Source: a virus | Virus record (IMG/VR): IMGVR_UViG_3300035659_001663 | Span: 9,183 to 73,182 of that record | Strand: one strand, 5' to 3' | Length of the DNA stretch: 64,000 nt | Notes under the pieces: model-generated | What the model saw: the letters and a program-made list of their open reading frames with translations, nothing else | Databases searched by the model: none | What the model was told of the DNA's origin: nothing | Program-made: the position numbers and the translations under genes | Part shown: positions 47,967 through 57,864 of the stretch, piece by piece | Layout: every line of letters starts with the position of its first letter | Numbering within the stretch: position 1 is the first letter of the stretch

Positions 47967-49436
47967 ATGCAATGTCCTGTATGCAATTCTAATGTCAATG
48001 ATATGGCTAGACATTTTGTATCAAAGTTTAGACTTGTAAATGACGAAGATGGGATTAAGCATTTACAATACATTAAGGAAGAGAAAAAACAAATAACTGA
48101 TTATGTTAATTCATTTTTTGAGACAAATTTGACATTGAGACAAGCTAGAGATAAAGTTAATGAAAAGTATATTAATCTAACATTCAAATCATTAAGAATA
48201 ATTTCAAAAATTTGGATTAGAACGTTTGGCAAAGAAGAGTATGATAAAAGAGTAAAGCGATTAAACAGTGGAAAATCTAAAAAAATGTGGCTCACTAGAG
48301 ATAAAAGTGCTATTAAACATTTGTATGAGTTTAGAATTCAAAGTGCAAAGGATAGAACTGCTTTAGCTATAGAAAATACGAATAAAATATTAAGCAATAG
48401 AGTCAATGCTATAAAATTTGTAGATAATGTTAATGAAAACATTGAAATTAAAGATCATTTATCTAGTGCTATTCAATGTCGATTATGTGGTAATTTTTTT
48501 AGAGCATTAGGTTTTCATTGTATGAATGTTCATAGTATTACAAGCATGGGATACAAAATATTATTTCCTAACGAACCATTAGTATGTCAAGAATCGATTG
48601 ATAGTCGGTCTAAAAAATTGATTTCTCAAGGATTAATGCGAAAAATTAGATTTTTTGATGAATCTATTAATATAGAGAAAGAAGTCGAAATAGCTCAATA
48701 TAGAAAAAAAATGTTTAGATTAGTTAGAGGTAGAGACATTTGTTGCCAAGAATGTGATAAAATAGATAGTAATGTTGATATTCATCATATAGTACCACAT
48801 CGATTATTTTCTAGATATGACTTTGAAATGCATGATCCTGATAATTTAATATTATTGTGTGATCAATGTCATGCTATTTATGGTCAAGAGCTTGATCAAA
48901 TTATTATTGAAATATTTGCACGAATTATTCAAGTCATGCATCCTTTTACTTATAAGTATGTTATTGCCAAGTTGAAATTTGAAGAAAAGTTAATATTCAA
49001 AAGAAAAGTCGGTGCTCCTAAGTTGTATAACGTGACAGCTAATGATGTCGATAAGGCAAAAGTTGATGGAAAAGTTATGATTTCAAAAGCTATAGAGTTG
49101 ATGCCAAATGTGCCAAAACGGCATATAGTTAAAGCTTGTAGAGATAATAATATGACGTTCATAAATCCTGAATGTTTGACTAAGAATTTGAAAACAAAGA
49201 TATGTCCTGTGTGTGGTTGGAGTGGGTCATTTAAGTTTTCAAAGCATGTGAAAACAAATGACGATAAGCATCAATCATTTTTGAGAGAGTTAGAAAGATT
49301 GTATATTAATGAGAAGTTAGGTTGTGATAAAATAGCTGAAGTTTATAGTGAATATAATTTTACACGTGAGATTGTTGAAGCGATTTTGAAAGATGCAGGT
49401 ATATATTATAAAATATTACAAGAGGAGGTTGCATGA
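47967..49436 (+). CDS. HNH endonuclease with multiple Zn fingers (putative homing endonuclease)
   Basis: AAGGAGG RBS before ATG 47967; CQEC...DIHHIVP...DNLILLCDQCH HNH core; CPVC, CRLC..H...H and CPVC..H fingers. Confidence 0.85.
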   Translation: MQCPVCNSNVNDMARHFVSKFRLVNDEDGIKHLQYIKEEKKQITDYVNSFFETNLTLRQARDKVNEKYINLTFKSLRIISKIWIRTFGKEEYDKRVKRLNSGKSKKMWLTRDKSAIKHLYEFRIQSAKDRTALAIENTNKILSNRVNAIKFVDNVNENIEIKDHLSSAIQCRLCGNFFRALGFHCMNVHSITSMGYKILFPNEPLVCQESIDSRSKKLISQGLMRKIRFFDESINIEKEVEIAQYRKKMFRLVRGRDICCQECDKIDSNVDIHHIVPHRLFSRYDFEMHDPDNLILLCDQCHAIYGQELDQIIIEIFARIIQVMHPFTYKYVIAKLKFEEKLIFKRKVGAPKLYNVTANDVDKAKVDGKVMISKAIELMPNVPKRHIVKACRDNNMTFINPECLTKNLKTKICPVCGWSGSFKFSKHVKTNDDKHQSFLRELERLYINEKLGCDKIAEVYSEYNFTREIVEAILKDAGIYYKILQEEVA

Positions 49437-49993
49437 GTGAGTTGATTCGGTGCCAAATTGAAGGCTGTACGCATGAAGCAAAAGCATTAAGAGGTCATGT
49501 GGTTAGTGTTCACGGAATGACAACAGATGAGTATAAGCAAAAGTATGGTAAGTATAGTCTTGTGTCAGAGGATTATTTGTTAAAATTGCGAGCGTCAGGT
49601 AATAAAGCGTCAGAGACAGTTGATAATAGAGTGTATAGGCATAAGTGTAGAAATGATGATTGTGATGTGATTATTGATGGAAAGGCATTAGTTTGTGATG
49701 TTTGTAAAGCTAAGCAGCAGATAAGATTATTAGAGTTGCAAAAGTTGAAGTTTAAAGATATGGTTGAGAATCAAGATTTTGTTGTTTGCAAAATTTGCGG
49801 GTGGTGTGATACTAGAATATCTGGTCATGTATTGAGTGTTCACAATATGGATAAACGACAGTATAGAAGTTTGTATGGTGATTCACTGTTAGTATGTAGT
49901 GACATTGCAAATAGAACAGCATTTAGAGGGATTCATTCTATTGATACTCGTAGGCAAATGGCAATAAGTCACATGAAACGTCAGTCTATATAG
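49433..49993 (+). CDS. Multi-Zn-finger DNA-binding protein with NUMOD3-like tail, no nuclease motif seen
   Basis: CQIEGC..H...H.MT..EY, CKICG..H...H.M...Y, HSIDTRRQM. Confidence 0.75.
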   Translation: MSELIRCQIEGCTHEAKALRGHVVSVHGMTTDEYKQKYGKYSLVSEDYLLKLRASGNKASETVDNRVYRHKCRNDDCDVIIDGKALVCDVCKAKQQIRLLELQKLKFKDMVENQDFVVCKICGWCDTRISGHVLSVHNMDKRQYRSLYGDSLLVCSDIANRTAFRGIHSIDTRRQMAISHMKRQSI

Positions 49994-50005
49994 GGAGTAG
50001 ATCAA

Positions 50006-50518
50006 ATGATTGTTGAAGCAGATACTAGAATATATAATTTTGCAAAGTTAATGGGAAATGAAGATTATGAGATTAATTTTGTCGAGCTTGATAATGGTGC
50101 GTTCGGGATACAATATCCTTATAAGAAATTGATAGAGATTAATTTATGCCTGTTAGATGACGATATTGAAGATAGAATACTAGCTGTACTGTCTCATGAA
50201 ATTGGTCACTGTAAAACGTATGCTAGAAGTCAGTATTTACGTGAATTTCATGCGTCTATGTGGGCTATAAGACGAAATGAAGAAGTAAGAAAAGATAATG
50301 ATGAATATGATTTTCGATCGATTAGGAATAGGTTGATTTTGACATTTTTGTTATGGGAGAATGATTCACCTGCAAGATATAGAAAATCTGCTTATTTTGC
50401 AAGACAATGCGGTGTTTTAAGTTATTTAGAGTATTGTTTGGTATCTAATACAGAATGTAATATTGATGAATTAAGTAGAATATATGAACACCATGTGAAC
50501 ATTAAAGTTTCTGTATAA
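50006..50518 (+). CDS. Zincin-like metallopeptidase (HExxH)
   Basis: VLSHEIGH followed by REFHA. Confidence 0.7.
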   Translation: MIVEADTRIYNFAKLMGNEDYEINFVELDNGAFGIQYPYKKLIEINLCLLDDDIEDRILAVLSHEIGHCKTYARSQYLREFHASMWAIRRNEEVRKDNDEYDFRSIRNRLILTFLLWENDSPARYRKSAYFARQCGVLSYLEYCLVSNTECNIDELSRIYEHHVNIKVSV

Positions 50519-50535
50519 AAATAAGGAGTGATATT

Positions 50536-50892
50536 ATGTCTTGTAGAGTCGAGTTGATGCAAGGTAGGACAGATCGTTTTGTTATTGTAGACAAGAATGG
50601 TAGGGTTGTTAATGATGCTCAGGGTTATGGTTATACAACAAAGCAAAAGGCTATTAGGGCTATGTGGTATCATTGTGGAGGAGGTAAACAGAAGATTGAT
50701 GCAATTAAGAATGAGGCTAAGAAGTTTTGGGATGATCATAAAGATGCTGGTAAGTATTTGCAAGAGTTGTATGAGATGAATGTTAAAGAAATATGTACGG
50801 GAGAAGTTACTGATAACGATATTATTAGAGATGTTTGCGAGAAGTATTTGATTGATAGTATTCCAAGGGCATATATTGAGTATTTGCCGTAG
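50536..50892 (+). CDS. Hypothetical protein
   Basis: AAGGAG RBS; clear ORF. Confidence 0.7.
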   Translation: MSCRVELMQGRTDRFVIVDKNGRVVNDAQGYGYTTKQKAIRAMWYHCGGGKQKIDAIKNEAKKFWDDHKDAGKYLQELYEMNVKEICTGEVTDNDIIRDVCEKYLIDSIPRAYIEYLP

Positions 50893-50910
50893 ATGACGAT
50901 TTTGTATGAA

Positions 50911-50940
50911 AGCAGCTATCAAAAGGCTGCTATTTTTCTG
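50911..50940 (+). terminator. Rho-independent terminator, near-duplicate of 47733..47764
   Basis: AGCAGC-TATCAAAAG-GCTGCT-ATTTTT. Confidence 0.8.
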
Positions 50941-50982
50941 TGAATTAGAGGATGTAAGTGGTTAATGATACTAAATGAATAG

Positions 50983-51708
50983 TTGCTTTATATTGAGGTA
51001 AAATACATGGAGAAAAGAAGTCATTCATTGACGAATCGTGAGATAGATGTAGATGGTTTAGTGGATAAGTATGAGGAGTTCGATAATAGTGATTTTGGAA
51101 ATGAGTTTGTTCCGTTAGAGAAATCAGATTATGAGATAAGGGCATCACAAAACAACACTCGTGAGGAGGAAAGTATGAAGGATACGCGTAAGGCAAGTTA
51201 TGTGGGTGAATTGACATCTGGTTATGATGCAAAGGTTCAGAATGATTATGAGGCTGGTAAGGGTGATAAGGGTCAGATTGGTAAGGGGCATGAGGAGGAA
51301 GTTGCTGCTAAGAATAATTGGGAGGCTGATAAGAGAGATGCTGTTGGTCGTGCAGCTGCTTCGAGTTTGTTACGTAAGGCAGCGTTGAAGTTGACTAAGA
51401 TGGCAGATGCTATGGAGGAAGAGAAGTTTGATGATGATGACGATGTTGAAGAGAGTGTTAAGGATTTGGAGAATGTAGATAGTGATGATGAGGGTGGAGA
51501 TATGGAGGAGATCGCTACAGCAGTTCTTGATGAGACTAAAGTAGCGGCCAAGAAGGTTGCAGTGCATCCGTTAGATCATGATCCTAAGGGAGATGATCCG
51601 GCAGCTGATATGTCACCGCAGACAGGTGATGAGGAGTGGATTGATATAGGTCCTGGTGAGTTTGATGATCCGCGTGATGAAGTTGGAAGAGCTGCTGAGG
51701 GAAAGTAA
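50983..51708 (+). CDS. Acidic putative head internal protein (start uncertain; strong RBS at 51175)
   Basis: D.RD.VGRAA repeated twice; RKA, KMA, KVA motifs. Confidence 0.6.
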   Translation: MLYIEVKYMEKRSHSLTNREIDVDGLVDKYEEFDNSDFGNEFVPLEKSDYEIRASQNNTREEESMKDTRKASYVGELTSGYDAKVQNDYEAGKGDKGQIGKGHEEEVAAKNNWEADKRDAVGRAAASSLLRKAALKLTKMADAMEEEKFDDDDDVEESVKDLENVDSDDEGGDMEEIATAVLDETKVAAKKVAVHPLDHDPKGDDPAADMSPQTGDEEWIDIGPGEFDDPRDEVGRAAEGK

Positions 51709-51736
51709 GGGTAGTTGTAGATTAAACTAAATTTAT

Positions 51737-52267
51737 ATGGATGGAGGTAGGTGTATGAAGTATTTGACGCAGGTTAAGTTTCGGTTAGTGGATAATGGTA
51801 AGTATTTGAATGAGGGTGATGTTTATGATCCTATGGATAGTGCGTATGAGAGTAGTTCGAGGTCATTAGCAGCAGCATTGAAGGCTGGATGGTTGAAGAT
51901 GATAAGTGATGAAGATGCTGCTAAGATTCAGGCAGAGAAAGTTAAGAAGTTGATGGCTGTTGAGCCTGTTGAGATTAAGAAGGTTCATGTAGATCCGAAT
52001 CAGACGAAGGCAATAAGTAGGAAGATAAATAGTGATGTTGAGGTTGCCACGCCGAATGTGGGTTTGGGTGAGGTGACTGATGAAGATATGGCTGATGAGG
52101 TGATACATCAGGAGCCGATAATAGCTGCAATGGAGAGCAGGAGACAGGCTAAGAGGCAGTCACAGGTACAGCAGCCGAGAGAAGTTGAGGTTACGGCTGA
52201 GAGTATAAAGAGTGAGATAAAGCGTAAGGTTAGGAAAAGTTTGAGGATCGATAAACGAAAGAAGTGA
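51737..52267 (+). CDS. Hypothetical protein (late region)
   Basis: GGAGG RBS before MKYLTQ; clear ORF. Confidence 0.65.
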   Translation: MDGGRCMKYLTQVKFRLVDNGKYLNEGDVYDPMDSAYESSSRSLAAALKAGWLKMISDEDAAKIQAEKVKKLMAVEPVEIKKVHVDPNQTKAISRKINSDVEVATPNVGLGEVTDEDMADEVIHQEPIIAAMESRRQAKRQSQVQQPREVEVTAESIKSEIKRKVRKSLRIDKRKK

Positions 52268-52271
52268 ATAA

Positions 52272-52739
52272 ATGATTAGCAATAAGATCCAAGTCGTTTA
52301 TAGATTGCCTAGCCGTGTAACATTGATGTGGCCGTCGAGGCCAAATGCAGGCAATGCAACGTTGCCGACAAGTTATAATATTTATTGGGATACGTCGACG
52401 ATTGGATTGTTTGCATCATTGTTGGGGTCAGTAGAGAATCAGGGATCACCCGGGTATAATGGTAATAGATCGTATTTTGGTAAGGTTGTGTTTCATATAG
52501 TGCCTGAGATGATACCCGGGTGGAATAATGATATTATGAATTATGTGAGGTTGAGGGCAGTGATTGGTGGTGTGTTGCAGCCTGCAGAAGATATCGTGCA
52601 GATACCGCAGTATACTACTGGTGGAATGAGGTTGACGTATCCTGAGTTGAGTACGACAGCAATGGTTGGGTATGACGCAGCCGAGAATAGGTTTATTCCG
52701 GTTGCTGTTGATACAAATGGTAAAGTTAAAGTTGTTTAA
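52272..52739 (+). CDS. Putative virion structural protein (FN3-like)
   Basis: VTLMW...SYNIYW...YVRLRAV pattern. Confidence 0.55.
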   Translation: MISNKIQVVYRLPSRVTLMWPSRPNAGNATLPTSYNIYWDTSTIGLFASLLGSVENQGSPGYNGNRSYFGKVVFHIVPEMIPGWNNDIMNYVRLRAVIGGVLQPAEDIVQIPQYTTGGMRLTYPELSTTAMVGYDAAENRFIPVAVDTNGKVKVV

Positions 52740-52767
52740 TCAATCAACCGTATAAGGAGGAAGGGTT

Positions 52768-53184
52768 ATGAAGATTACGAATTTGACCGCCAATGTGTTG
52801 GAGTTCAATGACCTTGGTAGTTATATCAAGGGTGTGTCGCCGATTGCTCGTAGTATTCGGTTGGATCCTGCAGGATCAACTGGTGCGTCGATGTATTTGG
52901 TTGAGACTGGTGAAGTATTGCTTAGCGCACAGTCTGGCGATATTCATCGTTTTGCTGCTGCGACAAAGATCACAGTGAATGATGTGACTGGTGTTGTTGG
53001 AGCTGGTGGTAGCGTGACATTGACACATAATTTCAGATTTCAGCCGAATGTTAATGTTGTTATTACTGCTTCTGGTGTTCAAGCAGCTGCTTCTGATTTG
53101 ACAATCACTCACAATGCAAGTTTCACAGCAGTGACGATCTTGTCGGCTGCTGGAGCTGCATCATTCACAATTCGTTTGAGCTAA
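52768..53184 (+). CDS. Putative virion structural protein
   Basis: AAGGAGG RBS; small-residue beta-rich, VTLTHN motif. Confidence 0.6.
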   Translation: MKITNLTANVLEFNDLGSYIKGVSPIARSIRLDPAGSTGASMYLVETGEVLLSAQSGDIHRFAAATKITVNDVTGVVGAGGSVTLTHNFRFQPNVNVVITASGVQAAASDLTITHNASFTAVTILSAAGAASFTIRLS

Positions 53185-53196
53185 GTGTTGAATAGG

Positions 53197-53230
53197 AAGA
53201 GAGTTCCTGTAAAAGGGAACTCTCTTTTTT
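53197..53230 (+). terminator. Rho-independent terminator
   Basis: AAGAGAGTTCC-loop-GGAACTCTCTT then T run. Confidence 0.85.
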
Positions 53231-53260
53231 GTTCGATTAAAACAGATTAAAGGAGAGAAT

Positions 53261-53842
53261 ATGTTGAATATAATAATGAGATTTATTCAAAAGATGATAT
53301 TGAGTGATAATACTATTAAAGAGTACATCATTAGTATTTGTTTGAATAAAGATCAAGAATTACGAGATGAATTTACTGCTAAGATTTCATTTTTGGCTGA
53401 TGATAATGAGATTTATCAGAAAATTGAATCACTTGAAAATGATTTACTTGAAAAGTGCAATATTTTAGTTGATAGTGTTTATTCAGATGAAGAATTCAAA
53501 TCGTTGAAAGCATCAATAGTAGAATTTAAGTTAGCTCTTGACAATTGTTATAGTGCATTAGATTCTAAGGCCGATCAAGAGTTAACATTACAATTGACAG
53601 CTAATAATATCAAGTTATCGAAAGCAGTACTTGACATAAAGCGTCAAGTTGAAAATACACAGCCTGTACAAATTCAAGATTCAACAGCGATTGAAAGTTT
53701 AGTTAAGAAAACTAGAGTAGACACAGCAACAGTTATTACAAAAGTAAAAGAGAGTGTGTCTGAGTTAGATATTAAGTTGGATGCGTTTATAGATACTGTC
53801 AGTGAGAAGATTGCAGAGATAAAGCAGAAGAATAGAAGATAG
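53261..53842 (+). CDS. Coiled-coil hypothetical protein
   Basis: AAGGAG RBS; heptad-rich. Confidence 0.65.
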   Translation: MLNIIMRFIQKMILSDNTIKEYIISICLNKDQELRDEFTAKISFLADDNEIYQKIESLENDLLEKCNILVDSVYSDEEFKSLKASIVEFKLALDNCYSALDSKADQELTLQLTANNIKLSKAVLDIKRQVENTQPVQIQDSTAIESLVKKTRVDTATVITKVKESVSELDIKLDAFIDTVSEKIAEIKQKNRR

Positions 53843-53854
53843 AAATTAAGATAG

Positions 53855-54382
53855 ATGGAGAAAAACATGTCTGAGAATATGACTATTGTTACTCCTGATT
53901 TGTATTTTGCTGCATATTTGAAAGCTAAGAGCTGTCAGATTGTTAATATACAAAAAGAAGGTACGAAAACTATATTTACGTTTGATGTTAATGATTCTCA
54001 TTTGACAGTGCCAGAGTTGAAGCATGGATATTTCAATAATGATGATGATTTTAAGTACACTGTTTGTGCGATAGATTTTGCTGATGCTATTCGAGCATTG
54101 AAGACATTATGTCATGTTGAAGATAGTGATAAGATAACTACTCCAGATTTGTATTTTGCTGCATATTTGAAGACGAAGAGGTGTTCAGTAGAGACTGTTA
54201 GACAACGAGATTCAAAGACAGTGTTTTTATTTGAAGTTGGTCCGTCAGGATTGTCTGCATTAGAGTTGAAATTGGGATATTTTAATAGTATACAGGACAA
54301 GAGATGCACAGTGAACGCATCAGCATATACTGATGCAGTGCGATCATTGAAAACGATGTGTCATATAACAGGTGATCTGTAG
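53855..54382 (+). CDS. Protein with two tandem TPDLYFAAYLK domains (DUF5659-like)
   Basis: Internal duplication of about 85 aa, also visible in the DNA. Confidence 0.7.
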   Translation: MEKNMSENMTIVTPDLYFAAYLKAKSCQIVNIQKEGTKTIFTFDVNDSHLTVPELKHGYFNNDDDFKYTVCAIDFADAIRALKTLCHVEDSDKITTPDLYFAAYLKTKRCSVETVRQRDSKTVFLFEVGPSGLSALELKLGYFNSIQDKRCTVNASAYTDAVRSLKTMCHITGDL

Positions 54383-54560
54383 AATATAGGAATTGTGATC
54401 AATATTACAAAGCAAAGTCATTTTATAAGAAATTGACGTGTGATGATATTGATTCAACTCCAACTAACATCGACGGGCAAACGATTGATTATTTAGTAGG
54501 GGATATTAACAACTATCTTGAGGACCCTGAAGTTCTTGTTCAAGCTATAAAAGATATACC

Positions 54561-56870
54561 ATGAACCGAACATACTTTGCAGGAAACTACTATGTAGGGA
54601 ATAATGGTGTAGGCAGAACTAATCTGATTACTTCACCTGTAGCAATACCTGGAAGTTGGGCTAATTATTTCACATCGGCCAAAATTGCCTACAAGGACTG
54701 GTTTTTAATTGATACAACGGGCAAAGTATTTTTCCTTGGGTATGATGCTACAGTATTAGGTGTAGGGGGAACAAATCAGTGTATTTCTTGTACTGTTCCA
54801 ACTTCAATTGCTCGACCTGGTAGCTATTCTAATGTTGCGTTTGCGGCCAGCAATACTGCTGCTTTTTTGGACGGCTCAAATGGTAGCATTTGGACAACAG
54901 GCATAGCGTCGTCGGGGCAACTTGGTAATAACACAACAACTCCAGTTTCATCACCTGTCAGTATTTCTAGATCAAGTAGTTACTCAAAATTAGCTAGTAG
55001 TAGAGGTCCTAGTACTTTTTGGGCTATCGATGGAGCTACGGGTACTGTATTTGGTTGGGGATCAAACACTCTAGGTCAACTTGGTGATAATACAAAAGCA
55101 AATAAATCATCGCCAGTGAGTGTTGCTCGACCAGGAAGTTATACAGATGTTGCAGGTTATTCACATGTGTTGATGATCGACGCAGCTACTGGGAGAATTT
55201 GGGCGTCGGGTTATAATGTTTCAGGACAGCTAGGCAACAACACGATAAATACTGTTTCTTCTCCTGTTTCAATTGCTCGACCAGGCAGTTACACAGCTAT
55301 TGCTGCAGGCTGTGTAGGTGGCTTTTGTTCATTCGCTATTGATGCTTCCACAGGTAATATCTGGGCGTGGGGTGACAACGTATATGGCTTATTAGGTAAC
55401 AACACTATGACTGGCACCTCCTCACCAGTTTCAATAGCGCGACAAGCAAGTTACGCTAGCGTGTCTTGCTGTGGCTTTTCAGTTATAGCAATAGACGCAA
55501 GTGATGGTAGCCTCTGGGCATGGGGAGCAAACTGGTATGGTCAACTTGGTGATGGTACAACAACTAGTCGATCATCCCCAGTATCTGTACTTGGCAATCG
55601 TAGTTATGTCTCAGCTAAAGCAGGTGGAGATAGTATTTATGCAATGACTGCTGATGGTACAGTTTATGTTTGGGGATATGATTTTGCTAATCAATTGGGA
55701 CGACAAGCGATTGTGTACACCAGTACAATTATTCCACTTCTTAACTCTGCTACATTCACAAAGATTGTTAACAATATATTTCTAGATTCTGCTGGCAATG
55801 TTTGGTGCACAGGTAGTGACGGAGTTGGTAGTCTTGGAGACAATGCTGCAGCTGATCAAAGTTCACTTGTGAGTATAGCTCGTTCCGGTTCTTACAAAAA
55901 TATTGCTGCTATTTATCTTCCAAATTCAGATCCTTATGTTGCGTGCGCAGCAATTGATGGCGCAACAGGTAATATCTGGACATGGGGGCAAAATCTTGGT
56001 GGTGCATTGGGCAACAACACATTAACAAATACATCATCTCCTGTTTCAATTGCTCGGTCAGGCAGTTACAGTTCAATAATCAGTGGTGGGTATGGTGGAA
56101 ATTTTATAGCTATTGAAGCTTCCACTGGCAATGTGTATAGTTGGGGTATAAATGGTTATGGTCAATTGGGCAACAACACATTAACAAATACATCATCTCC
56201 GGTTAGTATAGCACGCTCAACCAGTTATTCAGCCGTTGCCGCAGGTGGTATGGGTACTGTTGCATATATTGATGGCGCAACTGGGAATATTTGGATGACA
56301 GGTCGTAACTCAGCAGGTCAGCTTGGTGATAACACAAAAGCTGGAAAGTCATCACCAGTATCAATCAAACGTGCAGCTAGTTATAAGGCAGTGGCTATAG
56401 CTGATGAAACAACTTACGCAATAGACGCAAGTGATGGTAGCCTCTGGGCATGGGGATTTAATAATATTGGCCAACTGGGTGACGGTACAGTTACCGATAA
56501 AAGCTCCCCAGTCTCTGTATTAGGTGGTCGAAGTTATATTAATGTGATAGCTCTACCATATAATGGTATATTGAAAGCAACTGGATATTCTGCAAGTACT
56601 GTTTTTATGCTTGACGCAAATGGTATAGTTTATGCATTAGGTGACAATACTTACGGTCAATTCGGCAATGGCACAACAACTGGATGCTCCAGTCCAATTT
56701 CTTTACCATTTGTGAGCGTTCAATCTATACAACCAACATTTACTGCTGGTATTTTCCTTACAATAAATGCAGTGGCCCCTGTAGTAGACACTCAGCCTAG
56801 CAACACAGAGAAGACTCAAGGACAGACAGCAACGTTTACAGTGACAGCACACGGGAATCCTGCTCTATAG
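54561..56870 (+). CDS. RCC1/BLIP-II repeat beta-propeller protein ending in a truncated Ig domain
   Basis: Many WAWG.N..GQLG..T....SSPV repeats; ends P..DTQP......GQTATFTVTA.GNP.L just before the expected YQW. Confidence 0.9.
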   Translation: MNRTYFAGNYYVGNNGVGRTNLITSPVAIPGSWANYFTSAKIAYKDWFLIDTTGKVFFLGYDATVLGVGGTNQCISCTVPTSIARPGSYSNVAFAASNTAAFLDGSNGSIWTTGIASSGQLGNNTTTPVSSPVSISRSSSYSKLASSRGPSTFWAIDGATGTVFGWGSNTLGQLGDNTKANKSSPVSVARPGSYTDVAGYSHVLMIDAATGRIWASGYNVSGQLGNNTINTVSSPVSIARPGSYTAIAAGCVGGFCSFAIDASTGNIWAWGDNVYGLLGNNTMTGTSSPVSIARQASYASVSCCGFSVIAIDASDGSLWAWGANWYGQLGDGTTTSRSSPVSVLGNRSYVSAKAGGDSIYAMTADGTVYVWGYDFANQLGRQAIVYTSTIIPLLNSATFTKIVNNIFLDSAGNVWCTGSDGVGSLGDNAAADQSSLVSIARSGSYKNIAAIYLPNSDPYVACAAIDGATGNIWTWGQNLGGALGNNTLTNTSSPVSIARSGSYSSIISGGYGGNFIAIEASTGNVYSWGINGYGQLGNNTLTNTSSPVSIARSTSYSAVAAGGMGTVAYIDGATGNIWMTGRNSAGQLGDNTKAGKSSPVSIKRAASYKAVAIADETTYAIDASDGSLWAWGFNNIGQLGDGTVTDKSSPVSVLGGRSYINVIALPYNGILKATGYSASTVFMLDANGIVYALGDNTYGQFGNGTTTGCSSPISLPFVSVQSIQPTFTAGIFLTINAVAPVVDTQPSNTEKTQGQTATFTVTAHGNPAL

Positions 56871-57208
56871 AGAGAACTTTATGTCAAGTACAATGGCTTA
56901 GTTTCAAGTACAATTGCGATTGATCAATATATTACTAGTAGCATCATTGGCAAAAGTTTAGCATCTTCAGGTACTGAAATAGACCAGTATATTACTGGTA
57001 CTATCCAAGGCAAAGCAACACTATCTTCCACAACTAATTTCGATTTTGTAATTGATGGTAACATCCAAAGTAAAGGTTTAATATCTTCAGATGTTGGAAT
57101 TGGCCGAAGCTTTACTGGATTGATCCAAACTAAATCATTAGTGTTCTCTGCAATTGGCATCGGCCAATTAGCGGCAACATCATAGGTAAAGGCATAATTT
57201 CTTCAGAT
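56871..57208 (+). pseudogene. Interrupted repeat-coding segment linking the RCC1 gene to 57209..57805
   Basis: Frame stays open after TAG 56868 with ~20-aa repeats (IDQYIT..I.GK...SS); the repeat continues in the frame of the next ORF after ~57170. Confidence 0.7.
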
Positions 57209-57805
57209 GTGTTCAAAGGTCGGTCATGCATTGTTATTGGTGGAGGAATTGTTTCTGGCATAATTGAGCCAACCGTAAGCGGCACAGCTTTGTACGCGCC
57301 AGATGGAGATTTTGTTGCAATCGAAATGGTGGCATTGCAAGTTAATCCTGATGTGCTACCAACTATGCAAGTAGGTCATGCCAGTTTGTATTACCGTCAC
57401 CCCTTCCCCAGCAACAAAGTGATTTTCTTGCAGACAGCCACTTTCGATCGAACTAACGTCAACCCCGACACCAACACAGTTAAGCTTATATTTAATCATC
57501 CTTTGTACTCTACGAACTTATATGCCTCCTTATCCGCATATGTTGACAATGTTCTTGTTATTTTTGGTATAGATGTATTATTGGACACTGGCTATTCAAC
57601 TGAAGCTGTTAAGTCCGGCGTTGAATTTGCCGACAACACTATACCGGAGTTAGAACGCTTGCTGCCTCAAGACGCACCACGACAGGATATTACTTTAGCG
57701 CCTGAAATGCAAGATGTCTTGGTCAATCAAGACTTCGAATCAATTCCCGACACACAGATTGGTACAGAGGATATTCAATATCTGAGTGGCGGTTATAAAG
57801 ATTGA
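57209..57805 (+). CDS. C-terminal part of a putative virion protein
   Basis: GTG start without a clear RBS; probably the tail of the interrupted gene. Confidence 0.5.
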   Translation: MFKGRSCIVIGGGIVSGIIEPTVSGTALYAPDGDFVAIEMVALQVNPDVLPTMQVGHASLYYRHPFPSNKVIFLQTATFDRTNVNPDTNTVKLIFNHPLYSTNLYASLSAYVDNVLVIFGIDVLLDTGYSTEAVKSGVEFADNTIPELERLLPQDAPRQDITLAPEMQDVLVNQDFESIPDTQIGTEDIQYLSGGYKD

Positions 57806-57817
57806 AATTTGTAAATG

Positions 57818-57850
57818 AAAACCACATAGTATTGACTGTGTGGTTTTTTT
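57818..57850 (+). terminator. Rho-independent terminator
   Basis: AAAACCACATAGT-ATTG-ACTGTGTGGTTTT then T run. Confidence 0.85.
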
Positions 57851-57864
57851 ATGTGAGATGAAAG

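Noticed and set aside
56868-56870. Amber (TAG) stop-codon reassignment
   Set aside because: TAG ends several genes cleanly before RBSs or terminators (1462, 16850, 21844, 50892), and long genes are not fragmented
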